A stretch of 47,951 nucleotides of DNA, taken from the IMG/VR virus record IMGVR_UViG_3300010362_000029, positions 1 to 47,951 of that record; one strand, given 5' to 3'. This DNA is from a virus (taxonomy: Duplodnaviria; Caudoviricetes). The notes beneath the pieces are model-generated. The model saw only the letters and a list, made by a program, of their open reading frames with translations. It did no database searches and was not told the origin of the DNA. Below, in pieces: positions 19,280-27,225 of this stretch. Each line of letters opens with the position of its first letter. Position 1 is the first letter of the stretch. The translations under genes were made by a program, and so were the position numbers.

Positions 19280-19469
19280 ATAGTACAAAGTTGGCGTCTG
19301 GCCGTGCCGACGACACATCTGGCGCCTTGGTCATGGCCTGGATAACCGCATAGGCGGCGACGGTGGCGAGGATCGCGACCGTCACTCTTATGGCTATCTG
19401 GCTCAATCGCATCGCTTGCTCCTTTGATCGAGGGTCGAGACCGCTGCCGCTCATTGCAGTGCCAGCCAT
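19272..19469 (-). CDS. Small membrane hypothetical protein
   Basis: Hydrophobic stretch VTVAILATVAAYAVI; start uncertain. Confidence 0.35.
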   Translation of the reverse strand: MAGTAMSGSGLDPRSKEQAMRLSQIAIRVTVAILATVAAYAVIQAMTKAPDVSSARPDANFVLFR

Positions 19470-19623
19470 AAAATCGCAATGCCCACAGCAGCCTCAATGT
19501 AGGCGAGCACGACGGCGTAAACCCACATCCAAGTGGGCATGGACGGTGACCACATGGAAACGTTATCGGCCCACTGGAAGGCGCGCACGATCACGGCCGC
19601 ACCGCCGACGATTAGGATAGCCG

Positions 19624-20283
19624 TCATGCCGCCAGCGCCGTGTCGACGAGCATCATGGCGGCGCGGGTTTGATGTTCGAGCGCGACGATGGCCTCGTGGC
19701 CCTGACGCTCGGCGACCTCCCGCAGCAATGGCAATCCGGTTTCGATGGACGCGAGAACCTCCGCGCGCGTGGCCTTGCGGCCCTCAGCGTAGAAGTGCAC
19801 CTGCTCGGGCGGTCCGATCTTGAACAGCGAACCGCCATCGGCGCGAAATGTCGTGTAGCCGTTCGTGATCCAGATCAGCGAGACGCCGGGATTGCGCCGG
19901 ATCATGACGCCGGCAGGCTCGACGCCTTCCGTGGGGCGGTCCTTGTCGTTGCGCCGCATCTTCGGCTTGGTCAGGAACGGACAGGCCTTGACCGCATACT
20001 CGGCGCAGTCGCGGTGGCAGGGCGGTTCCGACGACACGCGGTTGACCGCGCACATCGGGCCGATGACGAAGGCCTTGTGCCGCCCGAGCGTCTGACCGCA
20101 CAGCCAGCACAGATTGGCGCGGACGGCGCGCCCGACCTTCGGCGCGTCAACGATGCGGAAGTCCGGCTCGCCGTTCAGCCACTTGACGAACCACGGCACC
20201 GGATAGCCGGTGGCGCTGATCGGCAGACGCCGCATGCGATCAGGGATCGGGATGGCGCGAATGGAGGCGTTGAGCTCGTTCAT
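19624..20283 (-). CDS. Conserved phage hypothetical protein with Cys motifs
   Basis: GYPVPWFV...CWLCG...IGPMC...EPPCHRDCA...ACPFL; start placed at MNELNAS. Confidence 0.7.
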   Translation of the reverse strand: MNELNASIRAIPIPDRMRRLPISATGYPVPWFVKWLNGEPDFRIVDAPKVGRAVRANLCWLCGQTLGRHKAFVIGPMCAVNRVSSEPPCHRDCAEYAVKACPFLTKPKMRRNDKDRPTEGVEPAGVMIRRNPGVSLIWITNGYTTFRADGGSLFKIGPPEQVHFYAEGRKATRAEVLASIETGLPLLREVAERQGHEAIVALEHQTRAAMMLVDTALAA

Positions 20284-20293
20284 GGTGGAACCT

Positions 20294-20527
20294 TCAGCGG
20301 CGAGGGTAGAGCAGGTCGAGCAGTTGCCCCACGTCGGCGCCGTGCAGCTCGAGCGCCTCCCAGCTTTCCTGGGCGAGCGCGGCGAGGTGGGCGGTGTCCG
20401 AGACATCCGGGAAGCAGCGGCCCTCGTGGACGGCTACCGCGTGCAGGGCGACGGCATACAGGGGGCAGCAGCGGACTAGTTCCTGGCGGCGGTCGAAGGC
20501 GGCCAGGACGGGGGATGTGGCGGTCAT
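20294..20527 (-). CDS. Hypothetical protein
   Basis: MTATSPVLAAF... with a GGAG RBS, co-oriented with the next gene. Confidence 0.45.
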   Translation of the reverse strand: MTATSPVLAAFDRRQELVRCCPLYAVALHAVAVHEGRCFPDVSDTAHLAALAQESWEALELHGADVGQLLDLLYPRR

Positions 20528-20596
20528 GGAAGCAATCTCCGGGGTTCGATCATGCAGGGAGGCGGCGGCGTGGCGCAAGGTGATCCAGGCGGGCCG

Positions 20597-20883
20597 GGTT
20601 GCCCCAGGGTTGCCCCAGGCCAAATGTGTGCCATAATGGCAGTCGATTTTTGCGCCGCCAAGAGCGCCAAGTTGTCCTTTGTTTTTGCGACTTTCTTGCT
20701 TGGTCGGAGCGCCGAGATTTGAACTCGGGACCCCCAGTCCCCCAGACAGATAACCATGGGTTTTGGTGGGTCGGCGTGGGTCACGGCTGGACAAGGAATC
20801 CCGCGTAAAATATATATTTCCGTGACCCAGCGCGGACCACCGTGGATCGCGCTGGAACGCAGAAAGGTTGCCCCGGGGCAACC
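20597..20883. repeat. Putative integrase arm-type sites (GGTTGCCCC x4)
   Basis: Direct copies at 20597-20605 and 20608-20616, and a perfect inverted pair GGTTGCCCCGGGGCAACC at 20866-20883, flanking the core. Confidence 0.7.
20701..20747 (-). other. attP core: 3' 47 nt of tRNA-Pro(GGG)
   Basis: Reverse complement GTCTGGGGGACTGGGGGTCCCGAGTTCAAATCTCGGCGCTCCGACCA gives anticodon loop, T-arm, acceptor strand and CCA. No 5' half is present. It lies about 235 bp upstream of the integrase. Confidence 0.9.
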
Positions 20884-20982
20884 GCCGCGCCTCCCAGTCT
20901 CTGAGACAGGTGCGCGAAAAAACCGGAACCCGCGCGCACCAGTTTTTGGGACTGGTGCGCCACCACAACGGAGCAAACGACG

Positions 20983-22353
20983 ATGAAACCCAGACCCCTC
21001 AACGACACCGAAGCGCGCGCTGCCAAGGCACCGCCCGGCAAGCGCAAGATCCTCAAGGACCCCACGTGCCCAGGCCTGCAATTGCGCGTCACCGACAAGG
21101 GCGCAAAAACCTTTTCCTTCGTCTACAAACTGCACGGCAAGACGAAGCGGCTGCACCTCGGTGACTACGATCCGCCGCACGGCCTCTCGCTCGCCGACGC
21201 GCGCGAGGCGACCAATGATGCGCGCAAGCTCGTGCGCCAGCAGGTGGACCCGGCAGCACAGCGGGCGGTGAAGCTGGAGGCCGCGCGCGAGGAGGCCAAC
21301 GGCATGACGTTTGAGGAACTCTGCGTCGAATATCTCGACAAATACGCCAAGGTCGAGAAAGGCTCGTGGGAGAACGATGTGAGTCTGCTCAAACGCCCGC
21401 GCGCCAAGTGGGGCAAGAAGCTCGCCCGCTCGATCACCGATGAGGACGTCGCCAAAATGCTCACCGAAATTCTGGACGAAGGCTACAAGACCACCGCCAA
21501 CCGCCTGCGTTCGGTCCTGCGCAAGATGTACGAATGGGCGCGCGACAAGGGGCGCCGCGCCGCGACCGGCGTGACGGTCAATCCGGTCGCCGACGTCAAC
21601 AGGTTCACCCCGAACAAGCCGCGCAAGCGGTTTCTCGCCGAAGCCGAGGTGCGCACGCTGTGGCGGGGGATCGAGCGCGGCCTGCGCGACGGCGATCTGC
21701 CGTGCGAACCGGAAGCGGCGCTGGCGTGCCTGCTGGTGCTGGTGAGCATACGCCGGCCGCACGAGGTTGCTGGCCTTGAGCGTGATGAGCTGGCCAACCT
21801 GCACAAGCCGGGCAGGGCAGAGATCGTATTGCCGCCGGATCGGGTAAAGAAGGACGACGACTTTGTCGGACCGATCAACGATCTTGCGGTCGAAATCATC
21901 AATCGGGCGATGACTGATCCGGAGCAGCCGGTGGTGTTCGCCTCCCGGTTCTCCGACCGCGCGTCGATCGCGCGGCGCACGCTGTCGCAGGCCCTCACCG
22001 GCAAGAAGGGCGACAAGAAGCGGCCGGGCTTGCGCAAGTGGCTTGGCATGAAGCACTTCACGACGCACGATCTTCGCCGCACCGGCGCCACCTGGGCGCG
22101 CGCAGGCGGCGCGCCGCGTGACCACGTCAAGCACCTGCTCGGGCACACACCCGACGACGTGACCGGCGTCTACGATCAGTATGACATGTATCGGGAGAAG
22201 CGGCTCGCCGCCTTCATTCTGGAAATCAAGATCCGCGAGATCGTCGGGTTGCCACCAAATCCGCGTCTCGTGCTCCTGGCACAGAAGCTCGAGGAGATGA
22301 ACAACCTTTACGCCCTGCCAGAGGCGAAGCCCGAACTGCGCATCGTTGCGTGA
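20983..22353 (+). CDS. int: Tyrosine integrase with N-terminal arm-binding domain
   Basis: PGLQLRVTDKGAKTF arm domain; catalytic R (RRPHEV), HDLRRT, LGH and Y (GVYDQY). Confidence 0.95.
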   Translation: MKPRPLNDTEARAAKAPPGKRKILKDPTCPGLQLRVTDKGAKTFSFVYKLHGKTKRLHLGDYDPPHGLSLADAREATNDARKLVRQQVDPAAQRAVKLEAAREEANGMTFEELCVEYLDKYAKVEKGSWENDVSLLKRPRAKWGKKLARSITDEDVAKMLTEILDEGYKTTANRLRSVLRKMYEWARDKGRRAATGVTVNPVADVNRFTPNKPRKRFLAEAEVRTLWRGIERGLRDGDLPCEPEAALACLLVLVSIRRPHEVAGLERDELANLHKPGRAEIVLPPDRVKKDDDFVGPINDLAVEIINRAMTDPEQPVVFASRFSDRASIARRTLSQALTGKKGDKKRPGLRKWLGMKHFTTHDLRRTGATWARAGGAPRDHVKHLLGHTPDDVTGVYDQYDMYREKRLAAFILEIKIREIVGLPPNPRLVLLAQKLEEMNNLYALPEAKPELRIVA

Positions 22354-22372
22354 CATAGGGAGAATCCCTATT

Positions 22373-22624
22373 ATGAGCTTTGCATTCGACACGCTCGACT
22401 ACGTGAAGCGCCTGCGCGCGGGCGGCGTTCCGAACGAACAGGCCGAGGCCATGGCGGCGGCGCTCGCCGCGACGTTCAGCAGCCCCACGGGCGTCGCCAC
22501 CAAGCAGGACATCTCCGACTTGCGCCATGAGATTGCAGCGCTGGAAAATCGACTAATCATCAAGCTCGGCACCTTCATCATCGCTGTCGCTGGCCTCGCA
22601 ATAGCGATCGCCAAAGCGCTGTGA
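22373..22624 (+). CDS. DUF1640/CCDC90-like coiled-coil membrane protein
   Basis: FDTLDYVKRLRAGGVPNEQAEA...ATKQDI motif plus a C-terminal TM helix. Confidence 0.8.
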   Translation: MSFAFDTLDYVKRLRAGGVPNEQAEAMAAALAATFSSPTGVATKQDISDLRHEIAALENRLIIKLGTFIIAVAGLAIAIAKAL

Positions 22625-22630
22625 AAAGTC

Positions 22631-22667
22631 GGGGGTCGGTCTCGGACGAGATCGGCCCCCTTTTTTT
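22631..22667 (+). terminator. Intrinsic terminator between convergent operons
   Basis: GGGGGTCGGTCTC-GGAC-GAGATCGGCCCCC hairpin followed by T7. Confidence 0.85.
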
Positions 22668-22674
22668 GACGGGC

Positions 22675-22887
22675 TCACACGCGCCGCTGCTGCCGCGACC
22701 TCTGCCATGCCGCGATGTCGTCGGCGTACCAGCCGATCCGGTTCGGCCCCATCTCGACCGGAGGCGGGAACGTCCCGGCCTTGATCCACCGTTGCAGCGT
22801 CGCGCGCGCCACCGGCACGATGTCGAGCACCTCCCGCTCCAGCAGCATCTTGCGTGGCGCGTCGTTCGTCGCCCGCTTCGCGGTCAT
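22675..22887 (-). CDS. AlpA-family excisionase / regulator
   Basis: EVLDIVPVARATLQRWIKAGTFPPPVEMGPNRIGW. Confidence 0.85.
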   Translation of the reverse strand: MTAKRATNDAPRKMLLEREVLDIVPVARATLQRWIKAGTFPPPVEMGPNRIGWYADDIAAWQRSRQQRRV

Positions 22888-22898
22888 GGTGGTTCCTC

Positions 22899-23624
22899 CT
22901 ACGCGCGCTTGCGGATCGGCGCCGCAGCGGCGTTCTCTTGCTCCGCGCTGATCTTCACGGTGAAGCGCCCCCAACCCAGCTTGCGCGACGCGCCGACGCC
23001 GATCTCGCGGCCGGCGAACTCGATGAAGTCGGTCATCTTGCGATAGGCCACGATGTCCTCGCTGAACGCAACGTGGCCGTGGCCGACGAACGGCCCGAGA
23101 TACTGGTTGGACCGCAGCGCACGCTGGTTGCTCAGCGTCTGCCCGGTACCGCTCTTGACCTGGACGAACCGCTCCCAGGTGCCGTCAGAGCGCGTCTTGC
23201 CGGTCGAGATATTGCTGACGTGCACCACCGTTCGAATCTGTTCTTTGCGCGCGATGCGAATGGCGCTCGAGGCGAGGTCGGCGGCCTGCGCGAGGCAGCC
23301 GTACAGTTGGTGCGATGGAATCGTGATCTCGTCGGCATCGTTAGCGGCGTGACCCGCCACGCGGTGCAGCAGGTGAAAGTCGTCGGGAGCGGTGCCGTAG
23401 GTATAGAACTGCCGCTCGGCGAGCTTTTGCAGCGCTTCATAGTCCTCCATGCTCATGTCGTGCGCAGCGAGATAATCGCGCAGCGCCTTGACCCGCTTCT
23501 CCTCCGAGCGCGCGCGCCGCGTGCCGCTCTCCTTCTGCACGTTGATGAGCCGCTCGAGCTCGGGCCAGTACGGGTGCGCGATGTAGCCCTTCGTGAAGGT
23601 CAGTTCGATCGGATAGATCGTCAT
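22899..23624 (-). CDS. Solitary RAMP-superfamily (Cas7-like) protein
   Basis: IPSHQLYGCL resembles the RAMP IPGSSLKGAL motif; C-terminal G-rich loop GREIGVGASRKLGWGRFTV; N-terminal beta strand IELTF; 241 aa. Confidence 0.72.
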   Translation of the reverse strand: MTIYPIELTFTKGYIAHPYWPELERLINVQKESGTRRARSEEKRVKALRDYLAAHDMSMEDYEALQKLAERQFYTYGTAPDDFHLLHRVAGHAANDADEITIPSHQLYGCLAQAADLASSAIRIARKEQIRTVVHVSNISTGKTRSDGTWERFVQVKSGTGQTLSNQRALRSNQYLGPFVGHGHVAFSEDIVAYRKMTDFIEFAGREIGVGASRKLGWGRFTVKISAEQENAAAAPIRKRA

Positions 23625-24136
23625 GGTGATGGTCCCTTCGTTGTCGTAGGCGATTCCGTCGGCGTTGGCGTTGACGCTGGCTGCGACGGCCGGGACGTTG
23701 GCGCTGGCGAAGGCGTAGGCGATAGCGGAGGCGGGGGCGTAGGCGATGACGAAGGCACAGGCGGTGGCGGCGGCGATGGCGTCGGCGATGGCGGTGGCGA
23801 TGAAGAGGGCGTTGGCAACGACGATGACGACGGCGGTGGCGATGGCGATGGCGCAGGCGGCGGCGAAGCCGGTGGCGTCGGCGTGGGCGGTGCCGCAGGC
23901 GGAGGCGTCGGCGTTGGCGGTGGCGACGGTGACGGCGTCGGACAGGCGAACAGCGGGCCGGGCGGCTCGCGCTCGACGATGGCGCGGTAGTCGGCGGCAA
24001 TCTCCTCCATCAGCGCGATCTGCCGGCGCGCCTCGCCCTCGGTCATGGTCCCGGACGCTACGCGGCCGGGATAGACCTTAAGGCGCCAGCGAACCTCGCG
24101 CTCGGCGCAGCGGAGTTTATCGGTCGCCGAGGCCAT
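23621..24136 (-). CDS. Small phage protein (about 65-aa domain) with an array-encoded Pro-Ser/Thr tail
   Basis: KLRCAEREVRWRLKVYP...RQIALMEEIA domain followed by (P-X)n; stop overlaps the RAMP start (ATGA). Confidence 0.7.
   Translation of the reverse strand: MASATDKLRCAEREVRWRLKVYPGRVASGTMTEGEARRQIALMEEIAADYRAIVEREPPGPLFACPTPSPSPPPTPTPPPAAPPTPTPPASPPPAPSPSPPPSSSSLPTPSSSPPPSPTPSPPPPPVPSSSPTPPPPLSPTPSPAPTSRPSQPASTPTPTESPTTTKGPSP
23649..23941. repeat. Hexamer array 1, (GGCG-NN)n, about 49 units
   Basis: For example GGCG-GT GGCG-GC GGCG-AT GGCG-TC GGCG-AT; one 3-nt phase shift near 23685. Confidence 0.9.
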
Positions 24137-24139
24137 TCG

Positions 24140-25666
24140 TCAGGTCCGCGAGACCACGGTGGGAAACGTTCCGGGCTCGACCCGCCAGCCCGCGGCGCGC
24201 CGGATTTCTGCGAGCGTGGAGGTCGCGGTGCTCAGGCGGTTTTCCATTGCCTCGACGTCGGCCGCCAACCGCTCGTTGCGCTCCTCCAAGGTCTTGATCT
24301 GGGCGAGCAGCTCGGCGTTCTCCGTGTTCAGCCGGTCGATGACGGCCTCGCGTTCTTCGGCCTCGCGCATCAACCGCGCGCGATCGTTCACAGTGTCCTC
24401 GACGTCTGCGATGACGACGCCGGCTTGCTGGACGAGCTTGTCGATGTTGGCCTTCACAAAGGCGAAGGTGTCGGTGGTGATCGTGGTCATGGGTGGCTGC
24501 TCCGGCTCGCTGATCCAAGACGCGCCGGCCGCGCGAGCCACGGCGGCGGGCGGAGAGTTGAGCGCGCGGTGCGCCGCCAGGGCGACCAGGAGTGCTAGCG
24601 CCATGCTCAACAGCATGCGCGGCGCGGGTCGGCGCGGGAGCGGCAGCTCGACCGGCGTCGCCACGAACGCGTCGGTGAACGCGACGGCGACGCGGTGCGA
24701 GGGCGTTGGCGATGGCGCAGGCGAAGGCGATGACGTCGGCGTCGGCGCTGGCCGAGGCGGTGGCGAAGGCGCGGGCGATGGCGTTGGCGAAGGCGACGGC
24801 ATGAGCGTTGGCGATGGCGGTGGCGGAGACGAGAGCTTTGGCGCGGGCGAAGGCGGTGGCGAGGCCGCAACCGAGGGCGATGGCGATGGCGACGGCGAAG
24901 GCGCAAGCTTTGGCGCGGGCGTCGGCGTTGACGCGGGCGATGGCGGAGGCATTGCCGTCGGCGAAGACGCTGGCGAAGGCGTTGGCTGTGTCGTTGGCGT
25001 CGGCGGTGGCGATGCCGCAGGCGATGGCGAAAGCGAAGCCGATGGCGGCGGCGCGGGCGAGGACGAAGCCGCAGACGCTGGCGATGGTGACGGCGTGGCC
25101 GCAGGCTTAGGCATTGGCGAGGGCGAAGGCGAAGCCGTTGGCGCAGGCGCTGGCGATGGCGCGGGCGGTGGCGTTGGCGTCGGCATTGTCGTTGTCGCTG
25201 GCGTTGGCGTCGGCGGCGGCGAAGTCGTCAGCGACGGCGAAGGCGTTGGCGTCGGCGCGGAACGGGACAGGATCGCGGCGCGGCGCGGCGCCCGGCGGGC
25301 GTGCAGATTTGCATTGGCCTTGAGCGGACCGGACCAGCACTTGCGACCGCGGACGAGGCGGTAGGACCAGTAGCCGGCGCGGGCCGACGCCGGTGGCAGG
25401 GTCGAGCGACACCCCGCCGAGCGGCGCGCGCTTGAGACGTCCGACAGACCGCTGGCGGCGGAATGTGGGTCGGAGGTCCGCGCGGCCGCCGGCGAGGCGA
25501 CCATCACCGTGAGCGCGGCGATGATGGCAGTGAAGGTGGGGCCGTGCCTACCGCGCGCATCACGGTCGCTGGCCGTGCCCCTTCGCGGCATCTGAGCGCT
25601 CCCGCTATCGCCGCGCCGAAGCACGTGGTGGGCAGCGCCGCGAAACTCAACCCATGCGGAGATCAT
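24140..25666 (-). CDS. Long ORF: signal/TM segment, C..YWSYRLVRGRKCW domain, array-encoded (P-X)n, TM, coiled coil; the coiled coil may be a separate gene at 24140-24490
   Basis: Open frame co-oriented with the operon; true start and possible internal start MTTITTDT are uncertain. Confidence 0.55.
   Translation of the reverse strand: MISAWVEFRGAAHHVLRRGDSGSAQMPRRGTASDRDARGRHGPTFTAIIAALTVMVASPAAARTSDPHSAASGLSDVSSARRSAGCRSTLPPASARAGYWSYRLVRGRKCWSGPLKANANLHARRAPRRAAILSRSAPTPTPSPSLTTSPPPTPTPATTTMPTPTPPPAPSPAPAPTASPSPSPMPKPAATPSPSPASAASSSPAPPPSASLSPSPAASPPPTPTTQPTPSPASSPTAMPPPSPASTPTPAPKLAPSPSPSPSPSVAASPPPSPAPKLSSPPPPSPTLMPSPSPTPSPAPSPPPRPAPTPTSSPSPAPSPTPSHRVAVAFTDAFVATPVELPLPRRPAPRMLLSMALALLVALAAHRALNSPPAAVARAAGASWISEPEQPPMTTITTDTFAFVKANIDKLVQQAGVVIADVEDTVNDRARLMREAEEREAVIDRLNTENAELLAQIKTLEERNERLAADVEAMENRLSTATSTLAEIRRAAGWRVEPGTFPTVVSRT
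24702..25259. repeat. Hexamer array 2, (GGCG-NN)n, 93 units in unbroken phase
   Basis: Parsed by hand: position 3 is C in 92 of 93 units, while NN is highly variable. Confidence 0.92.
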
Positions 25667-26079
25667 TTACGCCGCTCCTCGATCATGGCGCGGACCTCGG
25701 CGGCGGCCACCTGGTCGAGCAGCATGGGGAGCACCTGCGCCAGGATCACTTCGCGCGCGTCCTCCCAATAGGCTTCGAATTCGACGGCTGACATTGCCGA
25801 CAGGGAATGCGGGACCGGCAGCGTCGAGCGGCTGCCGTCGGGCTGCGGCACTAGGTCGAAGCGCCCGGTCGCGATAGCGAGCCAGCCGCCGGGGTTCTGA
25901 ATGCCGCGCGCGCGGCCGATCCGGGCCAGAACCATATGGACGAAGTCTCTGAACGCCGGCGCCTGCTGGATGCGCACGCGCACCTTCTCGCCGACCGAGA
26001 GCTCGGCCATTTTGACTCGGGCCGAGTCGTCGAGCGGGATGAGTCCGTTCTTCACAACACCGAAGTCCATTTCATCCAC
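25663..26079 (-). CDS. Hypothetical protein (NinB/DUF1367-like position and ending)
   Basis: VPHSLSAMSAVEFEAYW, directly downstream of the recombinase. Confidence 0.5.
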   Translation of the reverse strand: MDEMDFGVVKNGLIPLDDSARVKMAELSVGEKVRVRIQQAPAFRDFVHMVLARIGRARGIQNPGGWLAIATGRFDLVPQPDGSRSTLPVPHSLSAMSAVEFEAYWEDAREVILAQVLPMLLDQVAAAEVRAMIEERRK

Positions 26080-27211
26080 CAGCCAGCGGGTTCACCGGCG
26101 TGACGTCCAGCTTTCGCTTGTTGACCGCGGCGACCAGCCGGACGTGAATTTTCGGCGCGTGCGCCTCCATCTGCGTGAAGATGTGGGCGTTGGCCTTCTG
26201 CCACGCATCGATGCTGGCGACCGTTTGCAGCGGCTGTATCGCCGCCAGGAAGCGGGCGCCCCACGAGCGCCACTCCTCCTGATCGCCCAGTACGAGCTCT
26301 TGCGGCGCGACCTCGCCGGTTTCGGGATCGACGTCCAGCCCGTCGGGATCTGCGGGTGGCGGGTCGGGACCATAGTCGGACGTTGGCGTAGGCGCGGGCG
26401 TCGGCGAGGACGTCGGCGTTGGCGAGGGCGACGGCGAAGGCGCAGACGTTGGCGCTGGCGCTGGCATGGGCGAGGGCGGAGGCGTTGACGGCGGCTTGGG
26501 CGATGGCGTAGGCGAAGGCGGCGGTGACCAGTTGTCGGCGGGCTGCGGCGCGGCTTCGGGCGCGCCGATTATGCCGCCGGCCATTTCTTCGTCCGAATAG
26601 TCGGCCTCCTCAGGAAATGCGGCGCGAAGCGACATCGCCTTGGCGACCTTGAGCAGCTGGCCGCGCGGTCGGCGCGCCCACATGTCGTTGGGCAATTCTC
26701 CGCCGCCGACGCGACCGTAAGTCTCAAGCCAATAGACGGGCTCGACGAAGGAGACGCGCTGATTGTCGACCAACCGATAGACGACGACTGAGCACCATTC
26801 AGGGTATTTTAGCGTGACTTCGGCGTCGACCCACTGGCCGCGCACGCGCTTGCGGCCGCTGAAAGTCTGCGTCGTGTCCGGCCCCCACTGCGGCGGGTCC
26901 ATGCCGGCCCACGCGCCGGTGCGCGCCGCCGTCACCTGCACCTCGTTGATTGACGGCCAAACAGTCTCGATTTCTTTGCCGAGCGTGCTGTTCCACATGC
27001 TTACGATGTTGACGGCGTGCTTCATCGGATCGAGGCCGCGCTTCTTGCAGTACGCGAGCGCGAGCAAGATCGCCTCGGGCGTTTTCGCCGTCGGGAAGAT
27101 CGCCTCGACGTAGACGCGCCAGTCGACAGGGTCGCAGTCGGCATAGGTCGGCATCGGCAGGCGCGGCTGTGGGCGCACGGCCGGTAGATTGCGGGGCGGT
27201 TGCTCGTTCAT
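26072..27211 (-). CDS. bet: Bet/RecT-family single-strand annealing recombinase with array-encoded Pro-rich linker
   Basis: YCKKRGLDPMKH...AARTG...PEWC...MWARRPRGQLLKVAKAMSLRAAFP. Confidence 0.88.
   Translation of the reverse strand: MNEQPPRNLPAVRPQPRLPMPTYADCDPVDWRVYVEAIFPTAKTPEAILLALAYCKKRGLDPMKHAVNIVSMWNSTLGKEIETVWPSINEVQVTAARTGAWAGMDPPQWGPDTTQTFSGRKRVRGQWVDAEVTLKYPEWCSVVVYRLVDNQRVSFVEPVYWLETYGRVGGGELPNDMWARRPRGQLLKVAKAMSLRAAFPEEADYSDEEMAGGIIGAPEAAPQPADNWSPPPSPTPSPKPPSTPPPSPMPAPAPTSAPSPSPSPTPTSSPTPAPTPTSDYGPDPPPADPDGLDVDPETGEVAPQELVLGDQEEWRSWGARFLAAIQPLQTVASIDAWQKANAHIFTQMEAHAPKIHVRLVAAVNKRKLDVTPVNPLAGG
26379..26528. repeat. Hexamer array 3, (GGCG-NN)n, 25 units inside bet
   Basis: GACG-TT GGCG-TA GGCG-CG GGCG-TC GGCG-AG ... 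in unbroken phase. Confidence 0.88.
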
Positions 27212-27225
27212 TTGGTCACCTCGGT

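Noticed and set aside
20701-20747. Functional tRNA-Pro gene
   Set aside because: The 5' acceptor strand and D-arm are absent, so it is interpreted as the att core.
24159-25364. Plus-strand Gly-rich ORFs (also 22854-23990)
   Set aside because: They are antisense to a coherent minus-strand operon and stay open only because the hexamer lacks stops. A non-coding plus-strand RNA is not excluded.
23649-26528. Canonical CRISPR array next to the RAMP gene
   Set aside because: There are no 25-40 bp repeats with spacers and no cas1/cas2. The structure is a 6-nt periodic array.
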